DNA from: Paramecium tetraurelia
Taxonomy: Eukaryota
DNA length: 64,000 nucleotides
Assembly: GCA_000165425.1 (NCBI GenBank)
Contig: CT867989.1
Span: forward strand, 1 to 64,000
Reading direction: 5' to 3'
The notes under the pieces were generated by a model, which did not search any database, was not told the DNA's origin, and saw nothing but the letters and a program-made list of their open reading frames with translations. Positions 14,815 through 29,019 of this stretch are shown piece after piece; positions within the stretch are counted from its first letter, which is position 1, and each line of letters opens with the position of its first letter. Position numbers and translations under genes: made by a program.

Positions 14815-16209
14815 ATATGATAAATTATTGTTCACAATTTTAGTGCTTGGTCTTTTTTCTAAGCTTTTTATTCTAAAAATTTCACTTATAATTTTCCAAA
14901 ATTAGAGCCAAATTGTTTTATTAACTCATTTTAAATTTATTTCTTCTCTTAGAATATTTCGAAAATGTATAAAATCAACCAATATAAATACATATATTGT
15001 AAATAGGTTATTGAGTAATTTATAAATACACTTCAAAATTTTAAAATTAGACAAGATATGCATTTAAATCTAATAAAATTATAAAAACATTAATGAAATT
15101 CTCAAAAAAATAGTAAGAAATTGTTAAATATGTAAGCAAATTAAACTAATTAAAAAAATCAATTTTAATTTCTAAATCAAAGAAATTTGTAAATATAATC
15201 AAACAAAAAATTTGAATACATTGAACCCTAAAATTCTCAAGAGGGTAAGAATATAAACCATTGCTATCTATTGACTTTGATATTTTAATCACTAACTAGA
15301 TTATGAATTGTTTTTTTGATCATTTTTCAGAGGAACAAAAAATAGAATCCATATTTAATAATCAAATATAATAATTCATTGAATATTACCTTTCATCAAA
15401 ATGATTTAGATTTAATGAAGAAATCTGCAAAAAATGCAATTTTATTATTAATTAACCGAAGTCAAATTTAAGTATTATTCATCTTATTACATTTGAATAA
15501 TATTACATCTTAAATAAATTTCATCAAATGATACTATAGGAAGTATATAAAATATAAGCTCACCACTTAAACTAAAATTTCTTGAAAAGAATTTCTTATC
15601 AAAATATTTTTAAAACAAAAGTAAAACACCATTCATTTGAATGTTCGAAAGTTCAAAAAATTGAAAAATAAACTGATCTGTATTAAATTTAATGATCAAT
15701 TTTTCTTATAAATGAACCTATCATTTTTTAGATTTATTTTGTTCTAACCTTACAAAATTTAACCAACAGGATATGGCTCCTTCACCTCCAACAAAAATAA
15801 ATGATTTTTATTCTGGGTTTTGGGAATCCAAAAAAAAAAAAAAAACAACCCTTGTTATTGGGCGGAAAGGGCCTTTTCCTTTNNNNNNNNNNNNNNNNNN
15901 NNNNNNNNNNNNNNNNNNNNNNNNNNNNNNNNNNNNNNNNNNNNNNNNNNNNNNNNNNNNNNNNNNNNNNNNNNNNNNNNNNNNNNNNNNNNNNNNNNNN
16001 NNNNNNNNNNNNNNNNNNNNNNNNNNNNNNNNTTGAGTTAATTGACAAAATAGGAAGTATATAAGATATAAGCTCACCACTTAAACTAAAATTTCTTGAA
16101 AAGGATTTCTTATCAAAATATTTTTGAAACAAAAGTAAAACACCATTCATTTGAATGTTCGAGAGTTCAAAGGATTGAGAAATAAACTGATCTGTATTAG
16201 GTTTGATGA

Positions 16210-18206
16210 TCATTTTTCTTTATGAATGAACCTATCATTTTTTAGATTATTTTGTTCTAGACTTGACAGATTAAGCAACAGGATTATGGCTCCTTCAGCT
16301 CGAACAGAGATGATTGATTTTGATTCTGGGCTTATGGTAATCTAAGAGATAAGGGGATACTACTCTTGTTATTGTGCGGGAATGGCCTTATCCTTTGAAG
16401 TAGCAGATTCCTTTATGATGACCCCAAAGTTTTAGGTCTTTGTCTTCTCCTCCAGAGACAAAATGCTCTCCTTATTTAGTAATGGCAAGTGCATTGACCT
16501 CTCCTTCATCGGATTCATCAAGCATTCTTATTGCTTGACCATCAAAGGTTTCCCTATAAGTTATCTCAAAATTAATCAACATTTTACTTTTCTATCACTT
16601 CCTGTTGTTAGTAATTAACTTTCTTCAGGATGGTAAAGAACAAATTAAACAAAGTACTTTCGAATAGACACATAACTCTGGTGAATGATTTTAAATCCCA
16701 AATTATACAAGATCCATCAGCACTTGCACTCACATCTTATTCATTATTGTTCTAACTTGGATTTACCATACTCTTCCTCTGTGTTCTTTTATCGATGACT
16801 TCATAACTTATGTTTGTTTGCCTATATCCCAAACTCTCACTTCCCCTTGAGATCCTGTTGAATTATTCTTTAGCAATCAGATGGACAAGCGAAAGATGTG
16901 CATCCATGAATATTTGCATCGTTGATTACATACATCAATCTCCCTGATTGAGGTAAAATGCTTTAATTTTGGCATCACTCCATCCACTCACTATACTTTT
17001 TCCATCATTCGTAAATGAAACTGTCCTACATTCTAAATTAGGAACTTAGATTTTAAGTAATTCTTATCTATTTTTAGCATTCCATATTCTTATATTATTA
17101 AATGAACTAGTAGCAAAAACTTCTGAATAGCTATGAGGAAAAGCAACATCATTAATTCTTTCATTATGGTAATGGCATAAATTTCGAAACTCCGGTAGCT
17201 TTGATTTGTTCCAGTGAAAAAATGAGTATAATCATAAATAAATGTTATTGACATAACACTTCCAAAAATTCACTGCCTGAATTATTAGCATTGTTTAAAA
17301 TGATACTTTCGCTCCCATTTCATCCCCAGCACCAACAATAACATCGCCATTAGGTAATAAACCTAAGCAATTAACTCTTTAACTGAATATTTTTTTAACA
17401 GGGGCTAATCTTTTCTCTATGGCCAGCTTTTTTACCGCAATAACAATATTTATCATTTTTATCAATCGATACACAAGTGAAAGTTCGTTTAAAATTGTCA
17501 CAGTTTACATCTACAGATTAAATCTTTATTATAAGAATACCTTTTTAATTTGCTTATCAATTGTTAAAATTTTAAACTCCAGTATTTAAACTGCTATCAA
17601 TTTTTCATCTGATTAATTGTAAAATTAGATTTAATTGACTGGATCCCTATTTGGAGTTCCATATAATACTTTTCCTGCTTTAATTTCCCAAACAATCATC
17701 ATATTTTTATCTTCGATTCCTCCTAAAGAGGCTAAGTATAGTCATTTTAGGAAAACTGAGCGATTGAATTAACACTTTATGTAGTTTCAATTTTGTGAAT
17801 CATGCTTCTTCCTTGAAATCCCAAATAATAATATCAGCTTAGAATCCCATATAAATTCTTTATCCGGAGGCTACATAATCGCCAGAGCGAGAAACTGTTA
17901 ACACAGAAATTTAGTTATGATGTCCTCTAAAAAAAATGAATATCAGATTTATATAATTAAAGTTTATATAAATTTCAACTTATTAAACAATCATACAGTA
18001 CCTTAAAAATATTTGAGCCATGCTGATTATAGGTCTACAACAATAGTCGAACCGAATGGATATATTATATGCTTGTAATGATTAATTAAAATATACCTCA
18101 TTATCTGGATGCAAAATCAACCCTTAAGTAATTTTATCTGAAATAATAATATTGTCAATATACCAGTAAATCCAATAACTGCTTGTATTTCAAGTTCTGA
18201 TAACAT
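16210..18206 (-). pseudogene. CFAP52: CFAP52/WDR16 ciliary WD40 protein, frameshifted copy
   Basis: MLSELEIQAVIGFTG...GLILHPDNE, HIIYPFGSTIVV, VAFPHSYSEVFATSS, SGWSDAKIKAF followed by a frameshift (expected FLPQSGR), GEHFVSGGEDK; 3' end approximate. Confidence 0.8.
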
Positions 18207-18306
18207 TATTTGTATTTTTATTTTTCAAATATTATAGTTCAATATTAATTAAAAAAGTTGTATTTTAGATAAATATTTATATGAAAATGTTATGAAAGCT
18301 AATTAA

Positions 18307-18995
18307 TCAAACAGTCCAGAATTCTTCTTTGTCTTATTTTTCTAATCTTATTCTTAAATCCTTATTCACATTTTCTACAACCTAATTAGAATAATTAAAT
18401 TAAATACCATTTTCCATAAATTAGATGAGAACTCATCTTAATAAAATGATTTTACATCATCCTTTTCCTTCTACAAATTGATTTTTTAGCGGTCATACAC
18501 AACGGCTGAAATAATGGAATTCGAAATGCTATCAGCAATAATTTTCTCCTTAGCATACTGAACTTCCACAGAAACGCAAGTGTTGGATTTTGATGACAGA
18601 GACAAATTTGCTTGTATTTAGTAAAGCAAAAGGGCAAAAGCAATCACACTCAAAAAAACAATTATTTTAAAGAGTAAAAATTTAGAGTTTTATTAACTAT
18701 TGAATGTTTTTCTGAGTTCTTTTGATTTGTTATCATCATCGCTGTTTAAACTAAGTCTGGGAGTGGAAGTGAACGAAGTAATACTACTTTTAGGGGTTAT
18801 GATATTGTTTTTTAGAGTCTTGACTTCATAAATGGTAGATTTGGCAAGAGCAGTTTATTGTGGATATATAACTGAATTTTGAGCAAAAGATTTTGAGGAA
18901 TTTTAATTTTGTTTGTTTTATACATTTATGGACGTAAGTTTTCTGTTGGATATATTTGAAAGAGGTCTCAGTATTGGGGAATAACTTCGATTCAT
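18307..18995 (-). CDS. Single-TM protein with a MAN1/Src1 C-terminal-like tail
   Basis: MNRSYSPILRPLSN..., TM FLLFKIIVFLSVIAFALLLY, ends NLWKM|VVENVNKDLRIRLEKQDKEEFWTV*; one intron. Confidence 0.75.
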
Positions 18996-19219
18996 TCGAA
19001 TTCAAATTTTTTAATTTATTTATTTATCGTTAATGTTAAAAATTAAAATTGATATATCATAATCATTATGAAACATTTTTCTTATTCTTCCAACCTTCTC
19101 TCAAGAATATCAAAGCCTTTTTTACATCTCAACTATAATAATTTATTTCTCCTAAATTACATTTATTTAATATTTTTTTTCTTCTCGCTTTAAGTCATGT
19201 AAGAAGTAAGTTGAATGAA

Positions 19220-20500
19220 ATGACTAAATATGATGATATTTAATTAAATATTTTTTTATCTTTTAAATTAAAAAGACTACAAATTACCAAAGTAAAAATT
19301 TTTAGGCTCTGTACAATTGAAATCATTTTCCAAAATTGATTTTCTCTAAACCTGAATCATTATAAACCAAGTGAAATAGTTAATTCACGCACGAGTCTAA
19401 TCGTTAAAAATTATTAATAACAAATCGATGATATTGCTGAAGCAGATGTACTCAGAAAAATAGAATTAAACCTTGAGAGAAACTATGCTTAGCAATCAAA
19501 ATATGAGAGACGTGTAAGAAAATGATTAAATTCATAAACTTCATGGAAACACAAAATAATCTTCATGGTTTTTAAGGTTTAATTGTTGAGATTTAAAGGT
19601 TAATTATTAGTGTTTCATTTGGTGATTCAACAGCATCTATTATAGCAAAGATTGAAGACAAACTCACAGAATGACTCATTCTATATTAACTTAGATATAT
19701 TTTGATTTGCTCAACTGTTCTATTATTAACATAAATTCAAATGATTTTCTCAGAACTAGAACTGTATTCCTAAATGGAAATTCTGTAAATTTCTGTAAAG
19801 CCATTTTAATTTACTGTTTAATCTAAGAGCTCAATTTATATCGCTGATCTAATTTCTACAGCAAAGATCACCTGCATCACTATTTTTGGATATTTCAAAA
19901 TTTTATAACTGTGAATGGATAGCACATGAATAACTTATGAAATATTTTGGATGAATAAAAACAGAGAAGTAAATAAAATTGAAGGTCTTTCAAGGTATAG
20001 AAAAGAATAATAATGGAATTGGGATGGAAATCAATTTCCAACTGTTAATACAATTAGATAATTTAAATTATAATATGATTAACAGTATAGATAACCTTTT
20101 AGGAAATATACCAGTTACCAACACCTACAAGAACATATAAATGAACATTGCTTATACTTGTGCAAAGGAATATTTACAATCCACAGAAGTCTTAAATTGA
20201 TCATTATTAAATGAATCTATGTAGAAGACAAGAACAAGAAAAATTTTAATAATTAGACGATTAAGCAAGTAACATCATTTGGTTTAGAGTTAGCCAAACA
20301 GGAATAGTATTAAGGATATTAGAAATTTAAGAAATATGGTGTAGTTAAAATGATAATTTAAGTATAAAAGGTTATGTTAGAGATTCACTCAAATGCAAGG
20401 CAAATTACAATCGTTGATCAAAAATAAATTTACTTAATTCTCCTAAGTAAATTATCAAAAGTAGTCAGACTGAAGAAAAAGAGAACCTTTCTTAGATGAG
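19220..20500 (+). pseudogene. Decayed coding sequence of unknown family
   Basis: Coding-like stretches (DIAEADVLRKIELNLERNYA, FGDSTASIIAKIEDKL) interrupted by TGA and frame changes. Confidence 0.35.
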
Positions 20501-20592
20501 GATTAAATTACTTTAAATAATATGAAAATGATTGATATATTTATAAATTATATTTATAAATTTAGTTAACAAACTTGAGGTAGAATATAGAG

Positions 20593-21063
20593 ATGAATAA
20601 AAATATGTAATAAAGTGATGGAGATGAAATATTCTTTCATATTTAAAATAACGCAGATCAATACAACATTTAATCATCAGATGAAAAAAATTAAAACTAA
20701 AATATGATTCCTGACTAAGTCATAGAATCATAGACGACAAAACCAAGGCCATTGACATTTGATTAAATAAAATTGGTTTCATCCACTCAGGTAAGTGGTG
20801 ATGGGCATGTTAAATCAGTAAGAGTGCAATGTCCGTAATGCAAATAAAAAGTATCATAATTCATATACTAGGTTGATACTGTGATTATTCGAAAACCAGG
20901 AACTTAAACCTATCTTGCCTCATGTATTCTTTTGCTTTGCTCCTTTGGTTTAGTATGCGTTTCTTGTTTACCTTGTATTATTGATGATTGCAAGGATGTT
21001 ATGCATTCATGTCCTCAATGTAAAACACCATTAGGAAAGACATAATTTAAGATTTTAGATTGA
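20593..21063 (+). CDS. LITAF/zf-LITAF-like domain protein
   Basis: VQCPQCKQK|VDTVIIRKPG...hydrophobic...CLPCIIDDCKDVMHSCPQCKTPLG; 21-nt intron. Confidence 0.9.
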
Positions 21064-21151
21064 TTCATATATATCGACACTTTATTACAATTAAATTAAA
21101 ATGTAAAACAATATGTCTAATATTGCATTTTTTTTATAAAATAGAAATTTT

Positions 21152-22614
21152 ATGAAATAATTTCCAATACAATAAGCAAGAACTCTTGTGAATGAATTCT
21201 TTGACTTTGTTGCAAAAGCAGTGAGTCCATTTCATGTAACTTCTCTATGCAAAGAAAGACTAGCCAAATCTGGATTTTTGGAATTGAATGAAACAGAAAA
21301 TTGGAAATTGGAAAAGGGTGGTAAGTATTTCTTCACAAGAAATCTCACCACTATTGTAGCCTTCACAGTTGGTCAATAATTTGACCCAAATAATACAGGA
21401 TTTAAAATAATTGGTGCTCACACCGATAGTCCTTGCTTAAGATTGGCTCCAGTCTCTAAATTAGATTCAAATGGATTTTTATAGACATGCGTTTCTACTT
21501 ATGGTGGGGGTTTGTGGCATACTTGGTTTGACAGGGAATTGACTTTGGGAGGACGAATTATTTTTAAAAAAGAGAATGTCTTTTAGAGTTAGTTATTCCA
21601 TTATCAATAACCATTATTAAAGATTCCTAATTTGGCAATTCATTTAACTACAGATAGAAATAGCTTTGCTCCAAATAGTACTTATTTAACTGAACTTAGA
21701 CGAATCAAATTTAAGGCCTGTTTTTGCCTAGGAAGCCTATTAAACTTTAACTGTAATTCAAAAGCCAAAAACTGAGGGACAAACAAATTTCGAAAATAAG
21801 CACTATAAGTATTTGCTGAATTTGATCACTGAATAGACAGGCATTCCAACATCTGAGATCTTAGATATTGACTTATACTTCTCAGATTGTTAACCACCTT
21901 CCTATTTTGGTTTGAATCAAGAGTTCATCTCCGCTGCAAGAATTGATAATTTATTTTCAAGCTTCTTTGCCCTTTTGGCAATTACAAATCCAGAGAGTTT
22001 CACAGAGGACCAAACATTTATTAATATGATTTGTCTCTATGATCACGAAGAAGTTGGGTCTTAAAGTGCTCAAGGAGCTGACTCTTCTTTATTGTCTAAT
22101 AATATGAAGAGAATTTATGATATTCTATCCAATCCTACCAATACGTCTACTGATAGTTTTTATAAAGCAATTCAAAAAAGTTTCTTAATCTCATCAGATA
22201 TGGCTCATTCTATCCATCCAAATTATTCAGACAAGCATCAATAAAACCATAGAGTGAAGATGAATGAAGGAATTGTTATCAAAGTCAATCATAATTAACG
22301 ATATGCAACTGATGGTGTTTCGTCAGCTATTTTAAGAGTTGTAGCTTAATCTGCCAATGTGCCAATTCAAGATTTCATTGTGAAGAATGATTCACCTTGT
22401 GGGTCAACAATAGGACCTTTATAAGGTATAAATATTTGATAAACTTTTAGCTTCAAATACAGGAATCAAAACTATTGATATTGGAGCTGCATAATGGGGC
22501 ATGCACTCTATCAGAGAAACTGCTGGCGTCGTCGATGGATACTATCTGGAAAAGCTTTTCGTTGAATTTTACAAACAATATGAAAAGATAGATCATAAGC
22601 TGCTTGGTATTTGA
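21152..22614 (+). CDS. DNPEP: Aspartyl aminopeptidase (peptidase M18)
   Basis: [76 protein letters not shown]; two introns. Confidence 0.96.
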
Positions 22615-22622
22615 GTATTATT

Positions 22623-23880
22623 ATGATTATTGAAAAATTAAGAAATCCATATAATACATACATTCAAGTCAAAGATAACCCTAAGCTATTATTCAAGATC
22701 TCATTCTACTCTTTTGCTCTACTCCTTTTATCACAGCTACCAGCATTTGTATTATTCTTATCTATTTAGGCTTGTGTTTGTTTGATCATTAGTTATTTAA
22801 CTGGAAAAAAGTTCTTTGAGATTTACTTTCATAAACACTTAAAGGAAGGAATTATGGAGATGTTCCCTCAAGGCCTTAGAGATGCTTTGATGAAGAGATC
22901 CATTTTTGATCTTCTTTGTGATATCTGGTTTATGCCCAAATTCTCATTGTATATCAAAGCATTCCTAAAGCCATTTGTAGCCAACATCGATCCTGAAAAT
23001 GTAATATATTCTTGTCACTTATATATAGGCTGAACAAGCCCTCAATGGACTACCATTAGAAGACAGATAAATCATCACCAAAAAAGGAATAATTAATACA
23101 CTACCTATGTTACTACAAACAACAGTAGACACCACATAACAATAAATTAATGACAGTGAAGCTCCTTTGACTCCTCATACTCCCTCAAAAAATAAATAAA
23201 AAAAAACTAGATATGATAGAAAATAATATAATAGGACAAAATCTAAACGAGTATTCAAAGAAGATAAAATTGTTTCCACCTTTAAGATGCCTTGGACCAT
23301 TGTAAAGACGTATGAAGAGGACAGAGCTTCTATTATGTCTTCATAATCAGATATTGACTTTTCAAATAAATAAAACTTTTCCATTGTAGAAGAAATGAAG
23401 CCTTTACCTACCCTTTAGGAAAATATTGGTTTCAAAAATATTGAGCTTGTTCTTAAACCATAAACCAGTTAAGAATAGATCAAATGGGATAACCTTGATA
23501 ATTTCTACAACTAAGTCAAAGACACCGTCCCAGGAAGTCATAAAAGTACATTTCAAAAAATATCAATAGGACCATTAGAAACGATATTAAAAATTACAAA
23601 TCTTATTAATAATATAGTTCATTTTGAGAAAAGAAGCAAACAAATTTTGGCTATCAATAATAATGCGTTAATTAAGGCCTTTATAATTTCTGCAGTAATT
23701 ATAACTCAATAATATAAGGCTGCTTTGGCATTTTAATCTTACATATCCACTAGGACAAGAAGATTGATGATGCAAACTATAATGATTATTTGTTATTTGG
23801 GAAGTGCAGGAATAGCTACAGGAACACTAGGTCTTTGCCTTATCAAAGTTGTTAATCAAAGCAAAAAAAAAAGAAATTGA
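22623..23880 (+). CDS. Uncharacterised membrane protein
   Basis: MIIEKLRNPY..., N- and C-terminal hydrophobic segments, SIFDLLCDIWFMPK; short introns; TGA at 23878-23880. Confidence 0.75.
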
Positions 23881-24313
23881 ATCGAATTTAATTATTCTAT
23901 TATTTTCATTAGATTAAAAAGAAATATAATTGATTAGATATATCTCATCCCCTTATGACCGAATCATAAGTGAAGGTTTCAAATAAAATAAAAATTAGTG
24001 TTTAACATTGGCATCTCACAATTAATGGATTAAAGTATATTACATTTGGAAATTTTAATTGATATTATGATTAAAGAGATTAATTAATCATTCTGATTAA
24101 TTATTTTATTCTAATTTTAAATAGTATTGAGGGTAAAATTAAATTAGGCTGAAAAAAGTAAAAGGAAAAATTTATCAATTCTTAAATTTTGAGTCCTAAT
24201 AGCTGTTAAAAGCTAACAGAGTATAGTACTATGAAAAATTATTGATATTTTGAGATCATTTAATATATTTACTATTCATGAAATATCACACTATTCTTTC
24301 AAGATTACTTTTC

Positions 24314-25431
24314 TCAAACTTCAAATAGGTCTGTTCTGGGAAATGCGCTCTTTTCTGCATTTCTTATAGGGAGGAACCAATATTTAATTTCAGGACCAAA
24401 GACCTCCTTAAAGTTGTCAATAATTCTAGGTTTTTTGAAAGGATTCTAAGAATAGTTTGTAGATGCTTAAATACATTTGCTTTCATTTCATTTATGTGGA
24501 ATTCAACGGTAGTGATATTTTAAGCAATGTGATATAGATGAAACCCCAATAGAAATCCCATCACAACTACTAGAGCAAAGCAAGTAACATTACAAATAGT
24601 TAATATAAACTGTTGATTTTTTGTTAACTCCTACAAAATAGCTTAAGCAAATTTTACTTGCAATACTAACTTATCATTTACAAATATATCATAAGAAATA
24701 AATAAAGAGCACTGAATCATACACAAGATTGCATAGAAATTGAATTGACAAAAATATCTATGGTTTTTCAAGCCAACACAATTGTTCACCCAAGGGCAAT
24801 GATGATCCTAATTTAAATAAAATCAAATATAAATTACCATTCTCAGCACACATTTATTGCATTCTTTACAATGATGGGTCCTTGGTAATTTGATGTTATC
24901 ACATTTAAAACAGTATGAAACTAATTATAATACTTGGATAATATCGCTAGAACCATATTATAAAATTATTTTATTACAATTTCATCATCATTCTCATCAT
25001 GCAATTCAATATGGTTTTACATTCTTCTTTATCTATGCTTATTAATTTTCTCTGTCATTTTTTTTGTTCTTTATTTGATGTCTTCCAAAGTTCTTTCGTG
25101 ATAATGTTTGGCCTATTTCTATAGAAAAATAAATACTAAATCTTGTGGAGGATATCCTGGTTTAATATATTAAATCATGATGTAAGCTAAGTTTAGGAAA
25201 ATAAATATTATTGAAAATTCGATCCCAATAAAATAAGAAGTAACTCCATGCTAATATTAAAAAAAAACGAATTACTTTAATAAGAAATGCAGGTAGGAAA
25301 ATAAATACAAAGGCATAGTATTCGCTGAAAATAATTCCATAAACAAATATCACAGCTATGAAATCAGAAAATTAATGTTCGCCTTAAAGCATAAATTATT
25401 AAGTTTATATTTAATATTTAATATTTTCCAT
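24314..25431 (-). CDS. DHHC palmitoyltransferase
   Basis: [59 protein letters not shown]...WFLP. Confidence 0.95.
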
Positions 25432-25660
25432 TTGCAACAATAGATTTTTCTATATAAATAAATCATGTGTTTACTGGAGAAGGAATAATGAAAATTTGCA
25501 TTAGAAATCGAATTTTTAGTAAATTTCGTGTTTTGTGTGTCTTGGAATAATCTAAAGAATCCTTGAAAATTGCTTAGGATAAAATTATGAATTAGAATAT
25601 ATCTTTATTAAAAGTAATGATATTGTATATGTATATATATTATTTTTTATTTGAAAAATA

Positions 25661-27136
25661 ATGGAGCCAGAGCAATTGTTAGATTAATTAAATGATATAT
25701 TGTTGGCAGATCATTTTAGGTTTATAGAAGTAATTGGGAAGGGGAGTTTTGGAGTAGTTGTGGCTGCGTTTTGTAGTAATCTAGATCGAGTAGTGGCAAT
25801 AAAAGTTAATTTGATTTTAGAATATATTAGATTACATCAAATGTTGATCAAGAGAATGAGGCCAATTTGCTTAAAGCGTGTTGCCATTAGAATATTGTCA
25901 AGCTCTATAAAGTAAAATAATTATTTTTTATAATAGGTGCTAATAGCCAATAATCATCTTTACCTAATTATGGAGAGACTTATTGGTTTGACGCTAGACA
26001 AACTGATGAAACAATCTGTCTTGTCAGAACAAAACATTAGAAATTATATGACTCAAATTTTAAACGCTTTAGTGTTTCTTCATAGAAAAAATATCATACA
26101 CAGGGATCTCAAGCCAGGTAAAACGAACTCATATTTTAGAAAATATATTTATTTGTGAAAACTCATATGTTAAATTAATCGATCTAGGTTTAGGACAAGA
26201 AATAGTTTGTAAAGGATGTGTTTATTAATCAGTTGGTACTCCGTATTTTATAGCTCCAGAAGTCATATTAGGAAAGGATTAAAGTCAGGTCTGTTATTCT
26301 GTTATTCTAATTTAGGCTGTTGACATTTTTAGTTTAGGCATTATCTTCTATATGATGATCAACAATTTATAGCATCCATTATGGGATGGACAGATGAGAA
26401 AAAGGCATTACTACTAATTGATATCTAACGAGTTTTAAATTTCTTTCCCAAAAACAATGCCTGAGTATTTCATTATGATCACATTTTTAGAATGGCCAAA
26501 GATTTTGTCCTTAATACAGTATAATTCAGGGCAGAAAATAGAATGACTGCATAGTAATGTTTAGAACACCCTTGGATTAAAGGAAAGTGTGTTAAAACGC
26601 ATCCTATGACTACAAGAGAGATCATGCTAAGATATAACATTTAACAGCAAGCTATAACATGTCTTTTTATTTTTAATTAATTAGATAATTAAATCATTGA
26701 TGTTTTTAAAGACTCTTCAATAAACATGCGAGGAGGAGATTTGCTATATAAAAACAACCCATTCTCCTTTAAGAGAGGAAAAGGAATAAGAGCGAGTCTC
26801 TCCTGAAAATGCTAGATTAAGCGTTGAATTAACAAATAAAAAATAAAAGTCCTTTAAATTGCATGCAATTCCATTAAAAAAAGTGAGTTCATATAAAGAT
26901 CTAGTATCTTTAAGAGAAAAATAACTAAATCAAAAGAAATATTAAAGTATTAACTTTTATCTAAACAAGATATGATATCAAGATTTAGAGAAAAGATGTC
27001 TTTGGGTAATCAACTCAATGCCATTGGGCATAATAAGTTTGATTCTCCTATGAGTCATCGAAAATTAACTACTTTACCTTAAATTAATACTAATAGGTTA
27101 CAAAGATAATCAACTTTTAATTTTTAAAATTTGTGA
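25661..27136 (+). CDS. Ser/Thr protein kinase (CAMK-like)
   Basis: IGKGSFGVV, VAIK, HRDLKP, IDLG, VGTPYFIAPE, RMTAQQCLEHPWI; several ~23-nt introns. Confidence 0.93.
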
Positions 27137-27164
27137 AGTGCTTTTATAATTTATCAATAAGTAA

Positions 27165-27989
27165 TCAATTTTACTTTAATCTATTCATAATTTCATCTGC
27201 CTCTTATGCTTTAGTTTCATCATAAGGGATATAATAATTAGATAATCTGGATTAGGGATTACTCATCGGTTTGCTCTATTCTCTTAAGATATTCATAGAT
27301 TTAATGATCTCCTCATTATCCATCTCAATCTATTAAATCAATTTTTTGATATCATTATTAATAAAGAACAATTCAGTATTGTCTTATTTGAGTAATTTAA
27401 AATTGGCTTGCATCTTTGCATTTTCTAATTTCAATTTATCAATTTATTATTGCAAGTCAGTATGTTTATGATTATCAACTCGTAAATTTAAATTAGAGAT
27501 TTCAGAAATCAAATTATCCACATTATTTCTTACTATCTGATATTATTGATAAACTTCTTATGGTTGTTATTATTCTTATGTTGTTTATTATATTGTTTTA
27601 ATAGCAGATTTAATTTAAATGGAGGACTCTTCCTTCTTGCTTTATTGGAATGATTGATTCTAACTTTAATCGTCTTTTATTCTGGGAACTTTTGAAATTA
27701 AATCTTTGAATTACTCATCCGAATTGTAAATTTTTTCATTTTGTATCAATACCTTGCTGATATTCAATTTTAAAGTGTCCAATTTATCCTTCTCATTTAA
27801 GGTTAACTGATTTCCTTCCTCTAATCTTTTTATTATTAGTTCCAATTGTTTTCCATCCTATTCCAATCGTTATTTATTCTTATCAATCATTTATACCATC
27901 GTTGTTGACTTTCCCTTATCCAAACACATTTTAAGAATTTCAATTTCTGCTCTGAGCTACAATTTCAATTTATTTAGAGATTATAGCAT
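27165..27989 (-). CDS. Coiled-coil protein of unknown function
   Basis: MLQSLNKLKLQLRAEIEILKMCLDK...EADEIMNRLKQN*, Q/E/K-rich frame in ciliate code. Confidence 0.75.
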
Positions 27990-28029
27990 TTATTCAAAAA
28001 ATCAATTAATTTATAACAATAATTTATAC

Positions 28030-28480
28030 TCTTTATCATTATTTAATATGGTTTCCAGCATTCTATTTTGCCAAAGCCAATTCTTTTGAAAGAGCTTATT
28101 CTTCCTTCAATATCCTAATCAAATTTGAAAACCCTCTCTTTGTAATAACACTGCCACAAATTAAACCTAAGGAGACCATTAATAAAGTCACACTTCCATC
28201 CATCAATTCCTTGACTTTTCGATTTGATCTCAAATTGGAAGATTGCAACTTAAACTTTATGATGTCATTAAAAAATAAGAAACTCTATAATCCAAAACCC
28301 AATCCAAAACAAATGGTAGCCATTCTAGGAAATATAAAAGAAAATGGTAATGCAAATGGATACAAATAATACACATTTGGAACTGTACATGAATGTTTGA
28401 ACTCTTGCAATCTGATACTTATTATAAATGTACTTATATAGTGTTTTGAATTAAACATTTTATTTGATATCTCTTGCATC
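28030..28480 (-). pseudogene. Possible decayed small membrane-protein gene
   Basis: Hydrophobic stretches (YLYPFALPFSFIFPRMATICFGLGFG; LLMVSLGLICG) with an internal TGA and no clean start. Confidence 0.3.
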
Positions 28481-28928
28481 TATTTCAGAATTTAACATAT
28501 TGATCTCCTTATTTCCTATGATTCTCATTTCATTTTTTATTTACTCATTTATTTGTTTCCCTGTTTTCGAATAGTCAAAATATAAACTAAACAGTTGTTA
28601 TTCAAAACTAATCATTCCTAAATACAATATTGGCATTAGTGTATTTTAATTCATTTTATTTTTATTATTTATTAATAATTAAACAATACTCATATGAAAT
28701 ATAATAGGATTTCAAAGTAAAATTTCAATGTCAACTATTCTTTCTTATTATTTACATTTACTAATATAATTATTGTTATAATAATACTTATTATTATAGT
28801 ATATATATATAATATCAATTACTTTGCTTTTTTTACATGTAATAAACCATTAAGTCTATAAAATTCACAATAATACCTTGATTAATTGATATTAATTGAT
28901 ATAAGCTATGTATTTTTTTCTTATTTTT

Positions 28929-28994
28929 GATTGGCCGATTAGAATTGAAAAAAGATTAATTGGGATTTATATTTGTAATAAGGCGGGTTTGAAA
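28929..28994 (+). promoter_or_regulatory. H2A upstream region: inverted CCAAT (attgg) and GCGGGTTTGAA motif
   Basis: gattggccg at ~28929; GCGGGTTTGAA at 28983-28993, 26 nt before the ATG. Confidence 0.5.
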
Positions 28995-29019
28995 CATTAA
29001 TAAATAAATCAAAAATCAA

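Noticed and set aside
15530..16400. ~350-bp direct repeat on both sides of the N gap
   Set aside because: The left copy degrades progressively toward the gap (G>A changes, homopolymers), typical of a poor read end; likely overlapping contigs, not a real duplication
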